Numbered from the stretch's first letter, positions 1 through 9,874 are shown. The stretch is 64,000 bases of DNA from a virus (IMGVR_UViG_3300013288_000004:63360-127359); one strand, 5' to 3'. Numbers and translations are program-made. The notes: generated by a model from the letters alone, not told the origin.

Positions 1-21
1 GATGACACAACCGTTGATGAC

Positions 22-816
22 ATGGATGATCATTTAAAAAGTTTAAAAGAACAAATAGAAGAGAGTTTATTTAAGCATCATTTCTTCAAAGGTGAGTTTA
101 TTAGAGAAATTGTAGATGGTAAACTTAAAACATTAAAGCAGTTCGAAAACTTGTCTTTTTCAGAAGCAGAAAAGAAATTTTCAGAAAAGAAAGTATTCAA
201 GGATGCAAAACCGTTAATACAGTATCCAAATGGTTACAGGTGGATAAATGTTGGCGACAAATGTACTATCGTTGGTAAAGGAATGAACAATTGTGGTAGT
301 GCCGGGTTCATGTCCAATGATCCTAACAGGACTATATTTACGTTATTTGACGAGCATGACAATCCACACGTCATATCTACATATTCGCCAAATGATAATA
401 TTATATCTGGCGTAGAGGGAAAAGCATCATCAGAGTTAAAGGACCAATATGCTGACTATGTTGTTGATCTAATTAACAAATTGGGTGCTACATACGATGC
501 CAATAGGTCAAAATCGAAGCTGTTGACAATTAAAATAAATTCCAAAAATAAAGCAGAAAATATACAAAAAATACCAACAGATAACCAATTTTATAACAAT
601 TACCAATTCTCTGCTGGCGGTAAGACATATTTCACAGATGGTGAAGTAGCATTTACAAAAGACGATCTAGAAGTTTTTGTTGACAATCTTAAAGATGATA
701 AGTATATGAAGTCCAATATTGGAGATCAGGTTGGTTATATATTTTCAAGGTTCAGAGAGATCGATCTTAAGAATTTGAAACCTGACTTCAGATTTATACA
801 CATAAATCAATTATGA
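22..816 (+). CDS. Hypothetical phage protein, probably the C-terminal part of a longer ORF that starts before the window
   Basis: Frame is open to position 1; contains an MNNCGS...TLFDEHDNPHV segment of a kind seen in jumbo-phage proteins. Confidence 0.7.
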   Translation: MDDHLKSLKEQIEESLFKHHFFKGEFIREIVDGKLKTLKQFENLSFSEAEKKFSEKKVFKDAKPLIQYPNGYRWINVGDKCTIVGKGMNNCGSAGFMSNDPNRTIFTLFDEHDNPHVISTYSPNDNIISGVEGKASSELKDQYADYVVDLINKLGATYDANRSKSKLLTIKINSKNKAENIQKIPTDNQFYNNYQFSAGGKTYFTDGEVAFTKDDLEVFVDNLKDDKYMKSNIGDQVGYIFSRFREIDLKNLKPDFRFIHINQL

Positions 817-1470
817 ATAAGGATCTGTAAAGACTAATTGCGGCCCTTGTCCAGAGAGTCTAACCATTATATTTTTATCATGCAAATCAACGAAACCGAT
901 TTTTCTGTTGTTTTGCATTATTATTTCCAATGCTTCAGCATAACTCTCCATACCTATCAAATCTTTGGATTTTAACATTTTAAACAATTTATCAGATAAA
1001 TCGATGATTTGCCTATTCTGTTCCCATTTTTCTGTTTCTGGTCGTACATTATCAAACATGTTGGAATATTCTTTGACAATGTATAAATCTGCTAAATTGC
1101 GTATACGCTCAAGTGATGTTTCATAGTCCCCTCTAACAATAGTATAATTATAATAGGTAAATGGCAGCTTCTCCATTTTCCATAATTTTTTCTGCCCCGT
1201 TTTAGTAGACAGATAGGTTTTATCTTCATAGATTCTTGGAAAGTGTGGATTTTGTTGAGCCAATTTTGAATTTGCTAGAAATCTAACATATTTCTTATAT
1301 GCGGGATCATCGTTATGAGATATTTTATTAATCATATGCGGATCAGTATCCGGTACGACGTGACTATGAATACCACCAGTTTCCGTTCCAGTAAGATCCC
1401 ACCTATTGCTAAGATGCGAATTACCTGTTATGTTCTTGCTCTTAGTGTCGAATATTTCGTAGAGTTTCAT
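811..1470 (-). CDS. Protein kinase-like (PKL/APH fold) protein, paralog 1
   Basis: NPHFPRIY, WKMEKL, catalytic-loop-like DLHDKNIMVR and FTDP; start trimmed to MKLYEIFD. Confidence 0.7.
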   Translation of the reverse strand: MKLYEIFDTKSKNITGNSHLSNRWDLTGTETGGIHSHVVPDTDPHMINKISHNDDPAYKKYVRFLANSKLAQQNPHFPRIYEDKTYLSTKTGQKKLWKMEKLPFTYYNYTIVRGDYETSLERIRNLADLYIVKEYSNMFDNVRPETEKWEQNRQIIDLSDKLFKMLKSKDLIGMESYAEALEIIMQNNRKIGFVDLHDKNIMVRLSGQGPQLVFTDPYS

Positions 1471-1525
1471 TAATATGTCCAAATGATAATATTTATTGTG
1501 ATAAAATAATAAATTTATATCATGA

Positions 1526-1554
1526 TTGACAAATAAAAAGATCTCTACTATGAT
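1526..1554 (+). promoter_or_regulatory. Sigma70-like promoter
   Basis: TTGACA-17-TATGAT upstream of the YopX gene. Confidence 0.65.
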
Positions 1555-1577
1555 TGAAGCGTGAACATTGAAAAATT

Positions 1578-1907
1578 ATGAAAAACTTTAAAATTAGAAT
1601 ATGGAATCATGATAAAAAAGTTATGAGATATCCTTTTGGTGGTTTTTTCTCGCCAGTAGATTATAAGTCAGAAGAAGTCTTATTATATACTGGTAATAAT
1701 GATATAAATGATAGGCCAATTTTCGAAAACGACCTTATCATAGATTATCGAGGCACAGAATATACAATTGCATTCTTTGATGGTTGCTTCTATCTATTAG
1801 TGAATGGTTTAGACGAAGATCCATGGCTTATAGCATCACAAGAGACTATAGATCATAGAGAGATGATGGTTATAGGAAATACATTCGAAGGAATTTTTGA
1901 ATTATGA
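1578..1907 (+). CDS. YopX family protein
   Basis: KIRIWN...LLYTGNNDINDRPIFENDLI...MVIGNTFE pattern. Confidence 0.8.
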   Translation: MKNFKIRIWNHDKKVMRYPFGGFFSPVDYKSEEVLLYTGNNDINDRPIFENDLIIDYRGTEYTIAFFDGCFYLLVNGLDEDPWLIASQETIDHREMMVIGNTFEGIFEL

Positions 1908-2278
1908 AAAGTGCATTAGATTCGCAAATTCTTGAAGGTGAATTGGATTGTATTGTTAGAATATATTCATGCATTGATGAGTTTTCTGAAAAACGAAGAT
2001 ATGCATGTATTATGACAATTTACAATTATACTTCTGACAGTAATCGTCATGTAGCATTAGATGTTAACAATCAAATTAGTATAGAAATAAACTCCTTAGA
2101 AAACGAATTAGAACCAAACCAGTATTGGCAAAGATCTTTGAAATGGTTTGATTCTGAAGCAGAAGCTGAAAGAGAATTTTTATATTCATTTTTGCTATTC
2201 AAGCAGGATAAAAAAAGATTTGAAATTACTAAATCCAGTGAGCGTAAGATAACATTTAAAGCAAATAAAGGAAAATAA
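1904..2278 (+). CDS. Hypothetical protein
   Basis: ATGA-coupled to YopX. Confidence 0.7.
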   Translation: MKSALDSQILEGELDCIVRIYSCIDEFSEKRRYACIMTIYNYTSDSNRHVALDVNNQISIEINSLENELEPNQYWQRSLKWFDSEAEAEREFLYSFLLFKQDKKRFEITKSSERKITFKANKGK

Positions 2279-2279
2279 A

Positions 2280-2459
2280 ATGAAAAATAGATTTGACCTA
2301 GAACAAAACATTATGGCAGCGTGGAATGTTGTAGATGATCTAAAACTTCTACTGGATGTAGTGGAAGGCGATAAAGCGCAGAATATAGTTATTGGTATGA
2401 TCGAACTGTATCAACTTAAATTCGAAAAGTTATTCGAATCTTTCGAAAAAAGTATTTAA
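2280..2459 (+). CDS. Small hypothetical protein (MKNRFDLEQNIMAAWNVVDDL...)
   Basis: 59-aa ORF read manually; GGA RBS; TAATG overlap with the next gene. Confidence 0.7.
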   Translation: MKNRFDLEQNIMAAWNVVDDLKLLLDVVEGDKAQNIVIGMIELYQLKFEKLFESFEKSI

Positions 2460-2671
2460 TGGAGAGTAGCATGAATATACAAGAAAAAATTCAACTAATA
2501 GAAATGTTTAATAACACGATTAAACATAGAAAAGAGATGCGCGAAAAAATGACTAAATTACTGAATGTTCCCGGTAATAGTGATCTTCCTGCGTTCATCC
2601 AGCAATTAGATGATGAAATAGAGATGAATCTAGGATATCTCCAAAAAATTGAACAGCTTAATGTGACTTAA
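2459..2671 (+). CDS. Hypothetical protein
   Basis: Translationally coupled ORF. Confidence 0.6.
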   Translation: MESSMNIQEKIQLIEMFNNTIKHRKEMREKMTKLLNVPGNSDLPAFIQQLDDEIEMNLGYLQKIEQLNVT

Positions 2672-3371
2672 TGGCGTAAATACCATTACGTCCTTTAGGT
2701 TCTATTGACCATTCTGGTCCGAGGTATTGCGATAAGAAGCGTTTATAGATGGCTAATCGTCTGTTGGGTGAAGATTGACTAGATGATTCGCCAGATTCTA
2801 TGATTTCCAATAATCTTTGCATGAGTAATTTCATTTTTTGTAAAAATTGTTCAAACTTACTATCTAAATCTGGGTAATTTAATAAATGATTAATTCGTCT
2901 TAAAGCTTGTTCCACATAGCTCAGTTCATTCATGTATGGAAAATATTGTAGTATCCTTTCTAATTGTAGACCAATGCTGTAATCAGATTTATATTTTTTA
3001 ATATACAGCGCAAGTTCCGAGGCATATGGATTAATCATTTTTGAGATACTTTTATCATCGAAACTATCATTCCACGCATCAAAGCTAAATTTGTCTATAC
3101 CATTTTCATCAATAGTTTTTTTGATTTGGTACAGAACTGTTTGTAATATTTCTCTATCGGATGATCTGGTTATATCCTCCGTTGTAGAGTTGTTAACGAC
3201 GAAAGAAATATCATAGTTGCCACGATTACCACGTTGAAATTCTAATGCTACTCTGTTACCCTTGGATGTAGTCCATTTGCGCAATATGCGACCGTCATCA
3301 TTCATACTAGTCTCATGTGATGGAGCTTTCATTTCTATTTTTTCTATCAAGAATTGTGTAAATGTTTTCAT
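2658..3371 (-). CDS. Hypothetical protein, putative internal head protein
   Basis: MKTFTQFLIE N-terminus resembles the T4 capsid-targeting sequence. Confidence 0.65.
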   Translation of the reverse strand: MKTFTQFLIEKIEMKAPSHETSMNDDGRILRKWTTSKGNRVALEFQRGNRGNYDISFVVNNSTTEDITRSSDREILQTVLYQIKKTIDENGIDKFSFDAWNDSFDDKSISKMINPYASELALYIKKYKSDYSIGLQLERILQYFPYMNELSYVEQALRRINHLLNYPDLDSKFEQFLQKMKLLMQRLLEIIESGESSSQSSPNRRLAIYKRFLSQYLGPEWSIEPKGRNGIYAIKSH

Positions 3372-3372
3372 G

Positions 3373-4977
3373 TTAATTGAGCAATCCCATTATTAAAGCG
3401 TGAACTCGCTTATCCATTTCGTTTTTAGATCTATTCACGTATTCTCTCGCCTCTGGCATTTGCATTTTCAGTTGCGGATTAGATTTTTTAAACTCATTCA
3501 TATAATTTCGTATGGCAATAGAGTGTTTTAATAAAGGAGATGGATCACTATTATTATTTTTAAGCGTAATACCCAACTCGACTAAAGCCCTGATAATTCC
3601 TGATACGGAATTTCCAAAAGTAAAATATTTGTTTCCTAACGCTCTACCAATATCTTTCTCTATGGATGCTATCGCAGATTTGGCGGTGGCCTGTTCTCTA
3701 TTCTTTGGTAATACATCGATATTATTTTCTGATCTGTCACCTAGTAGTTTATATAATTTGGAAAGATATTCTTTTCTAAAGGCATTCGGGTCCATAGCAA
3801 TTTCCAAAAATTTCATGACTCTGTTGATAGTTTCGGAAACCTCATCAAATTTTCTATGATAATCTTCTCCACCCGGAGCACGAATTTCAATGTAACCTTC
3901 TGATAGTTTCCCAATATTCGCAAATCTATATTTTGCACCTTGACGTATAATTTTTCTATTAATAGATTCAATAGCAGCTTCATAATCTTTAAAATCGAAT
4001 CCACGTTCTTGTTTCAAATATTGAATGACGTGTTCTATATGAGGTTCTGTATAATCATTTCCACCTCTATCGAACATTGATAGTACATGATCTTCGCCCA
4101 CTAATAGAGAGAATTTTAATACATCTAGTTTTGCGACTTCTTCTTTAGTAAATGTACCGATATTAACATGTAAACCAGTGCTATCATTAGTTTCCAGTTC
4201 ACTGTCTTGTTTTATGGTATTAAAAACAGTGCGTAAAGCGTTAATAGCATCATGATGAGACAGAACCGGAGAACGCAATTCTGCGCCAGAAGGTCTAATG
4301 GAACTGTCTTTAACTAAAGTCCATTCACTATAATCATTACTATCTATTTCTATATTTGTTCTTAATGCTTTAGACATTACTTCTTGTATGTAACTAACAC
4401 TCGACCCCTTACCCTTATTATTGTCTAGGTACTCACGATATGCATCGTCCATCTGTTCTTGTTCATATTCGTAATAATAATCTTCGCGCCAACGATCATA
4501 TTTGTTAGGTTTAAATAAGTCGAAAAATTCTTCAGGATTCTTTATTGATAACAGATTAACTTCGTCACCTTCCGCATCCAGAACTATACCATGACGAACT
4601 TTGTCGGCATCTTCACTGTCTTCTTCGGTTGGTTCATAGAAATCCAAGAAACCCTGCCTTTCATCATAATCATCCCGTTTACCGTACCCGTAGATAGGTT
4701 TTAAACCGTAGTTGTCAATTATTTCTAATTTATCACGTTTACTAAGAGTGTCCCAATAATCCCAATCAGAGACATCATTGTTGTCAAACCAATTCTGAGA
4801 AAATTCTTCCCAAGAATCTCCATTATCATCGTCATCCGACAAATCTGGAGTTGCTATTTCAAATTCAAAACCAACAGTAAATTCTTTTTTGGGTTTGTAT
4901 CCTTTGATGTCCCTAGCGCCAGATCTAACACCTTCTGGTATAAATTTATTAACAAGATAATGTTTAAAACTTTTCAT
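3373..4977 (-). CDS. Putative amidoligase (COOH-NH2 ligase type 2)
   Basis: TVGFEFEI, DSSI, ELRSPVL, TGLHVNIG and IEIRAPGG motifs. Confidence 0.8.
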   Translation of the reverse strand: MKSFKHYLVNKFIPEGVRSGARDIKGYKPKKEFTVGFEFEIATPDLSDDDDNGDSWEEFSQNWFDNNDVSDWDYWDTLSKRDKLEIIDNYGLKPIYGYGKRDDYDERQGFLDFYEPTEEDSEDADKVRHGIVLDAEGDEVNLLSIKNPEEFFDLFKPNKYDRWREDYYYEYEQEQMDDAYREYLDNNKGKGSSVSYIQEVMSKALRTNIEIDSNDYSEWTLVKDSSIRPSGAELRSPVLSHHDAINALRTVFNTIKQDSELETNDSTGLHVNIGTFTKEEVAKLDVLKFSLLVGEDHVLSMFDRGGNDYTEPHIEHVIQYLKQERGFDFKDYEAAIESINRKIIRQGAKYRFANIGKLSEGYIEIRAPGGEDYHRKFDEVSETINRVMKFLEIAMDPNAFRKEYLSKLYKLLGDRSENNIDVLPKNREQATAKSAIASIEKDIGRALGNKYFTFGNSVSGIIRALVELGITLKNNNSDPSPLLKHSIAIRNYMNEFKKSNPQLKMQMPEAREYVNRSKNEMDKRVHALIMGLLN

Positions 4978-4998
4978 ATAGATTCCAAATAAAGATAT

Positions 4999-5424
4999 TT
5001 ATGTCACTACGACTAATAACACTTTAGGAATTACACCATGAACTCTCGCTGCCATCAATCTAGTATTACCAGCAATTAAGTAATACCTACCATTGCTTTT
5101 CATCACGATTGGGGCAGGAAGACTACCAGCATTACTAAAAACTCTTAATATACTCTGTAAATCTTTTCCATACTGCGAGGATAGATGAGTGACAGACTCC
5201 ATATCACCTTGTTCAATATCATAGGAATCGGTATTATCCAATCTAGACCATATAGTGTCATTTAATGTAATAAGACGAGCATGTTGAAAAGAATCAAGCA
5301 ATTGTTGTAAATTTATATCAAGTTCTTGTGATGTTCTTTCAATTTCATTCATCTCGTCATCAATATTGGGATAGACCCAAGTCACAGGACTGGATTGAAT
5401 TTCAAATAAATTACATAGTTTCAT
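4999..5424 (-). CDS. ParB/Srx-like domain protein
   Basis: LPAPIVMKSNGRYYLIAGNTRLMAA. Confidence 0.7.
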   Translation of the reverse strand: MKLCNLFEIQSSPVTWVYPNIDDEMNEIERTSQELDINLQQLLDSFQHARLITLNDTIWSRLDNTDSYDIEQGDMESVTHLSSQYGKDLQSILRVFSNAGSLPAPIVMKSNGRYYLIAGNTRLMAARVHGVIPKVLLVVVT

Positions 5425-6374
5425 CTATCATCCTTATTTTTCTTCACATGAGACAAGTAATCTTCAAGTTCTTTATATACTAATCGGTAATAACGATTTA
5501 TGATTTTAGATATTTTCGGATCTTTGAATTCTTCTGGTGAAAATACATGACTCAAATATGTCTTAACATTCTTAGATAGTTCAAGTTGTGATGGGTGAGA
5601 AACCCATTCATCATCCACCCCATAGTCGTTAATGATTTGTAGGCTAATATTATGAGCATGTGCAGCGATTTCTTGTGGGCTACTATAGTATGCTTTATTT
5701 TTTCTGTCAGTCCATTCGTCACTGTTCATCATTTTATGAAATTCTTTTTTGTCTTTTTCGAGATAACTTCTGTATTCAGTATAACCAGTGTGACGCCCAT
5801 TTACATTATTGACTTCCCATTGTCTATAATGTTGTATTGCATGCACCATTTCATGTAATAACACATCAACGAGTTTATTAAATGGTCCATCCAAATTTAC
5901 ATCTATGTTTATTCCATATTTTTTTACTTCATGATTATAATCTTCAATAGTGTTAAATGAAGATGCAACACTTTCAATATATTCACCATTAATAGTATCT
6001 AAAAATGGTTTTAATAGTTTTGTCCTATTAAGAGAAATATGGTTATGATAGCATTGACCTAGATCTTTAATGGAATCTGTAAAACTTACTTGTATATGTT
6101 CATAAGGTCCGCGTTCATCATAAACACCAGCCTCTTTTTCCATGATTTGATCACAGAACCATCTAAGATTAAATTCTATCCCCTCTTCAGTACTTTTCCC
6201 ATATAATTTAGCACTTAGGTGGTTTACAATGGCTCGGGCTTCATCATCCTGACCGGGTTCGACTGGCACTTGAACTTTCAATGATTCTTCTAAACTTTTT
6301 TTAATAATACCGGCTACTTGATTTTTGTATTTGATTAGGTTTATCGATTCAAGCAGTATTTCAGTAAGTTTCAT
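5421..6374 (-). CDS. HExxH zincin-like metallopeptidase domain protein
   Basis: LLHEMVHAIQH plus downstream QEIAAHA; MKLTEILLE N-terminus. Confidence 0.65.
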   Translation of the reverse strand: MKLTEILLESINLIKYKNQVAGIIKKSLEESLKVQVPVEPGQDDEARAIVNHLSAKLYGKSTEEGIEFNLRWFCDQIMEKEAGVYDERGPYEHIQVSFTDSIKDLGQCYHNHISLNRTKLLKPFLDTINGEYIESVASSFNTIEDYNHEVKKYGINIDVNLDGPFNKLVDVLLHEMVHAIQHYRQWEVNNVNGRHTGYTEYRSYLEKDKKEFHKMMNSDEWTDRKNKAYYSSPQEIAAHAHNISLQIINDYGVDDEWVSHPSQLELSKNVKTYLSHVFSPEEFKDPKISKIINRYYRLVYKELEDYLSHVKKNKDDR

Positions 6375-6558
6375 AATGATCTCTTTTCATTATTTATCAA
6401 TGTTATTATCATGAACAGATGTTAGACAGATGGTTTGATGACAGTTTAAATTTTTTGCGGGCAATTTTTAAACAAGTAGATTATTGGTATGATAATTCAA
6501 AAGTATGTAGGAGAGAATGGCAAACTGATCTAGTATAAAATGGTTTTTGGATGATGTT

Positions 6559-6682
6559 AAAATACTTGGGAAAATTTTGGGTAGAAATATAAAAAATGGT
6601 GTAGATAAAAAATGGCCCTAGAATGATAGTCAAAGTGATTCAATAAAATACTTGGGAAAATTTTGGGTAGAAATATAAAAAT
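6559..6682. repeat. About 37-bp direct repeat, two copies 86 bp apart
   Basis: AAAATACTTGGGAAAATTTTGGGTAGAAATATAAAAA at 6559 and 6645. Confidence 0.85.
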
Positions 6683-6875
6683 ATATTGAGGAAATAAATG
6701 GACTTGATCCCCCGGCTAAACCGATTGTATATATTATTAATTAATAGTAACTCATTGTAACCCAAACTGATTTTATTCTTCCTCAGATAATCCCCAGCCA
6801 TTATCTCTGTTACTGTTAGTTACTGTATGGCATGCGCCATCCATTACCTTCGGTTACTATCTCCCCATACTCAAA

Positions 6876-6903
6876 AGAAAGGGCCGGGATAATCCCGGCC
6901 CTA
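6876..6903 (-). terminator. Intrinsic terminator
   Basis: AGGGCCGGGA-TAA-TCCCGGCCCT hairpin with a U-tract on the minus strand. Confidence 0.7.
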
Positions 6904-6950
6904 GTATAGGTATACTACCTTCCGATTATGCTGGGGTGATATTCTCCCCG

Positions 6951-7241
6951 TCAATTCGCAGAGCCTCGAAGTTGTCCCGCAACGTGAGCGACGTGAGGCC
7001 GACGCTGCGCTTGTTCAAGAGCGAGCGGATCCCAATACACTGAACGAGTGAATCCATGGCGGGTAGCCTGACGGCGATACAACTCCCATACCTCTTTTTC
7101 ACCGTCTTTGGTCATGATCTTCGCAGTGCGAACACCATAGTTGCGCATCGTGTCACCAGAGAACTTCATATTGTTACGAGAAAAGAACAAGCTATCGGGG
7201 TTGTTGGCTTCGACCTTGCGCTTGAGTTCGCTCGCGTTCAT
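6951..7241 (-). CDS. Hypothetical phage protein
   Basis: FFSRNNMKFSGDTMRNY..WELYR pattern; RBS present. Confidence 0.65.
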   Translation of the reverse strand: MNASELKRKVEANNPDSLFFSRNNMKFSGDTMRNYGVRTAKIMTKDGEKEVWELYRRQATRHGFTRSVYWDPLALEQAQRRPHVAHVAGQLRGSAN

Positions 7242-7337
7242 GGCGTGTTCCTTGTTGGTATGCGAGTAGTATACAGGACAAACCTGAACGGAATCTGAAT
7301 GGTTTCTATAACTTCATCAGTTGGACCTGATGTACTA

Positions 7338-7360
7338 TCTCCGACCACGCGCCCATTTTA
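7338..7360 (-). repeat. G-rich 23-bp dispersed element (copy 1 of 17)
   Basis: Consensus TAAAATGGGTGCGTGGTCGGGGA; other copies at 7487, 8746, 9762, 13587, 14842, 16299, 17275, 19499, 20375, 21021, 25214, 27695, 49101, 52702, 57978, 58453. Confidence 0.9.
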
Positions 7361-7486
7361 ATATAATTCAATTCAGAAGTAAAGAAGAACCCTGAAGGTC
7401 ATTCAGGGTTCGTTCATTTCAGTAATCGTAATCGTATCAAATTGTTTTGGTACGCTTCATTCAGTGTTCGTTCATGATATGTAATA

Positions 7487-7509
7487 TAAAATGGGTGCGT
7501 GGTCGGGGA
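7487..7509 (+). repeat. G-rich 23-bp dispersed element
   Basis: TAAAATGGGTGCGTGGTCGGGGA. Confidence 0.9.
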
Positions 7510-7537
7510 TGATGGTAGTTGCCCCTTTCGGGGCGCA

Positions 7538-7798
7538 TCACGGTTGCCAGTCGTATAGGTCTCCCCCATCGTCCAGCCACTCAGTTAGACTCTGCACTAG
7601 TTCCTCGTAATATTCGGAATCATCATCGTCCAGTAGATCGAACGGACCATAACGTTCCTTGATGCGCTTTGCGGCTATCTTTCGATTGCTCATGTTAATA
7701 TCCCATTCACTAATCTTTTCACCATCATTCAGCCAATCGGTCAGATCTTGCACCAGCGTCTCAAAGGACTCTGCCTGATCCTTTAAGAGTTCAGCCAT
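7538..7798 (-). CDS. Acidic hypothetical protein with an internal duplication (LTDWLNDG / LTEWLDDG)
   Basis: ORF track; followed by hairpin GCCCC-TTTC-GGGGC. Confidence 0.7.
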   Translation of the reverse strand: MAELLKDQAESFETLVQDLTDWLNDGEKISEWDINMSNRKIAAKRIKERYGPFDLLDDDDSEYYEELVQSLTEWLDDGGDLYDWQP

Positions 7799-7926
7799 TC
7801 CTCATAGCTCTTCACCTTCCACCCCAACGCTTCCGCATTGGCGCGATAGATTTCATATTCCGAATCATTGTCGCCACGAGTCTGCGTTGCATAATCTTCG
7901 CGATACTGAAGTGCGATCATGGTCAT
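7783..7926 (-). CDS. Small hypothetical protein (MTMIALQYRE...KSYEEWLNS)
   Basis: 47-aa ORF read manually with a GGAG RBS and its own promoter. Confidence 0.7.
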   Translation of the reverse strand: MTMIALQYREDYATQTRGDNDSEYEIYRANAEALGWKVKSYEEWLNS

Positions 7927-7946
7927 TCTCCGTTGGTATGGATTGT

Positions 7947-7979
7947 ATTATACGCCATGAACCTGAACGGTTGCTGAAT
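7947..7979 (-). promoter_or_regulatory. Phage-specific promoter ATTCAGCAACCGTTCAG-N10-TATAAT (representative copy)
   Basis: Same architecture at 8613, 8844, 13083, 17670, 17973, 18342, 22662, 22966, 26724, 27199 and 56575 (minus) and at 13236, 21164 and 27854 (plus). Confidence 0.75.
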
Positions 7980-8179
7980 TACTCTAGCACGCCATCATCA
8001 CCAAAAAAATCAGTATCGGGCCACTTGGATTTATCAGTGATGAAATCAGTGCTGGACTCATCGATGAAACTGTCACCAGTCTCGCCGTCGCGAACCAATT
8101 CAGAGCTTTCCATTGAACGGGGGTCAAAGTCTGACCAGACAACGATGGTAGTTTTCCACAAACCCCTTGGGTTAGACAT
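7979..8179 (-). CDS. Hypothetical protein
   Basis: ORF track; acidic. Confidence 0.55.
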   Translation of the reverse strand: MSNPRGLWKTTIVVWSDFDPRSMESSELVRDGETGDSFIDESSTDFITDKSKWPDTDFFGDDGVLE

Positions 8180-8189
8180 ATACTATCCT

Positions 8190-8576
8190 TTATTGATTGT
8201 TGAAACGCGGTTCGATAGCCAGAATCATATCACGGTTCTTGACCATCCAATTGCAAAACTTGGTCAATACTTCGATTTCATCCTTGCCGCTGATCTTGCG
8301 GAACTTGATATGACGACAATAAAAACCATTCTCCATGTACGCCTTCCCACGATGATCAGTCTGGATCAGACCTTTCAAATAGATGCTGCAATTTTCCAGA
8401 ATACCATATGGCGCATCTTTTTTGGATGGCACATTCGCGATCATGATACGGGGAAGCTCCCCGAGGATGTTCACGATGCTGATATCGATCAGGAAATTGG
8501 GGAACTCATTGCGCAGAATGTTGGTAACGCCTTCGCATGTGAGAGTCACGTCCAGACTGTTAGCGATCATGGTCAT
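8190..8576 (-). CDS. Hypothetical protein
   Basis: Own promoter and RBS. Confidence 0.7.
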   Translation of the reverse strand: MTMIANSLDVTLTCEGVTNILRNEFPNFLIDISIVNILGELPRIMIANVPSKKDAPYGILENCSIYLKGLIQTDHRGKAYMENGFYCRHIKFRKISGKDEIEVLTKFCNWMVKNRDMILAIEPRFNNQ

Positions 8577-8745
8577 TCTCCGTTGGTATGGGTTGTATTA
8601 TACGCCATGAACCTGAACGGTTGCTGAATACAACTCATAGACCATTTCGATCATCTCACAAAATGTTTGCCCATAGCGCTGTCAAGCATTTATTTGTAAC
8701 AGAATCAATGACTTATCGTTCAGGTTCTGTTCAGGTATGGTATAG

Positions 8746-8768
8746 TAAAATGGGTGCGTGGTCGGGGA
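8746..8768 (+). repeat. G-rich 23-bp dispersed element
   Basis: Exact consensus; followed by hairpin GAAAGAGCCC-TGAA-GGGCTCTTTC. Confidence 0.9.
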
Positions 8769-8850
8769 TAGTGGTGGCACAAAAAGAAAGAGCCCTGAAG
8801 GGCTCTTTCGATGTTGAATACATATGTATCATACACCACCGACCTGAACG

Positions 8851-9165
8851 TTAGCTGAATTCTTCGATCATGTCCAGCATCCAACGTCTACGGCCATCTT
8901 GAATCTCGATCATGGTGAATCGTCCTTGCTTCCCTGCCCAATCCTGAAACGTGTCGTGATCACCTAGACGTTCTGCAATTAACAGTTCCAGTGATCCGCA
9001 TCCGCTCCTTGCAAAGAATGTATTACAAATGAATTTTTTATAACCCTTGGATTTTTGGCCAGATCGTCCGTTCCAGAGCTTGTCCAATCCTTCTTTCAGA
9101 AGTTTGACGAATGTTGCATTGGGCTTGCTGTTCGGAGCACGTGGCGGAATCGGGACGATTTTCAT
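8851..9165 (-). CDS. Hypothetical protein
   Basis: Start trimmed to MKIVPIP. Confidence 0.6.
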   Translation of the reverse strand: MKIVPIPPRAPNSKPNATFVKLLKEGLDKLWNGRSGQKSKGYKKFICNTFFARSGCGSLELLIAERLGDHDTFQDWAGKQGRFTMIEIQDGRRRWMLDMIEEFS

Positions 9166-9199
9166 GGACTTGTTCCTTGTTGGTATGGTTGATATTATA

Positions 9200-9658
9200 T
9201 CAGAGCCAACCACGCTCTGCAAACGAAACTTGCGATTCTGCACCGATCACAACATGATCCAGAAAGCGAATCTCTACCAGTGCCATCGCTTGACGCAAAC
9301 GCTCCGTAAGCTCACGATCAGCGGCAGACGGTTCAGCGATACCAGACGGGTGATTGTGAGCCACTACAACCGCTGCACAATTGATCAGAAGCGCACGGCG
9401 AACGACCTGTCCAACATACACCGCTGCGCCAGTCAGCGAACCGTGAAACAGATCCTCGACCGCGATCACACCATGGCGAGCGTCCAGAAAGACAACCGTG
9501 AAAACTTCGTGGTCTTGCGGCATCAGGCGAAGTTGCAACAACTTGCGAACGCTCTGAGGATCAGTCACATAGGTGTTAGCCTTGCGCACCCGCTTTTCCA
9601 GAATCTTGATCGCATCATAGATCGCTGCATCTTCTGCCACCATGTTCTTGCGAGCCAT
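9200..9658 (-). CDS. radC: RadC-like JAB/MPN domain protein (UPF0758)
   Basis: EVFTVVFLD...HNHPSG..EPSAAD...LDHVVIG; GGGAG RBS before MARKN. Confidence 0.9.
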   Translation of the reverse strand: MARKNMVAEDAAIYDAIKILEKRVRKANTYVTDPQSVRKLLQLRLMPQDHEVFTVVFLDARHGVIAVEDLFHGSLTGAAVYVGQVVRRALLINCAAVVVAHNHPSGIAEPSAADRELTERLRQAMALVEIRFLDHVVIGAESQVSFAERGWL

Positions 9659-9874
9659 TGCGCATCTCCCTTGTTGGTATGGGTGAATCATAGTCCTATT
9701 ATCTAACATCGTCAAGTGCACAATTGTAAAATATGTTATGCCTCTCACCGCATGGCAACTTCTCCCAACCGCCACCATATTTTAACCTATAACATAATAC
9801 CCGTCAAATGTTATTTTGGCACTTGTGCTCATGTTCTTAGTATGATAGGCTCAGTAGGATGGCTAACTTGTTTT

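Noticed and set aside
7887-8627. 246-aa plus-strand ORF
   Set aside because: Antisense shadow of promoter- and RBS-supported minus-strand genes; no RBS or motifs.
9047-9706. 219-aa plus-strand ORF
   Set aside because: Antisense to the RadC/JAB gene.
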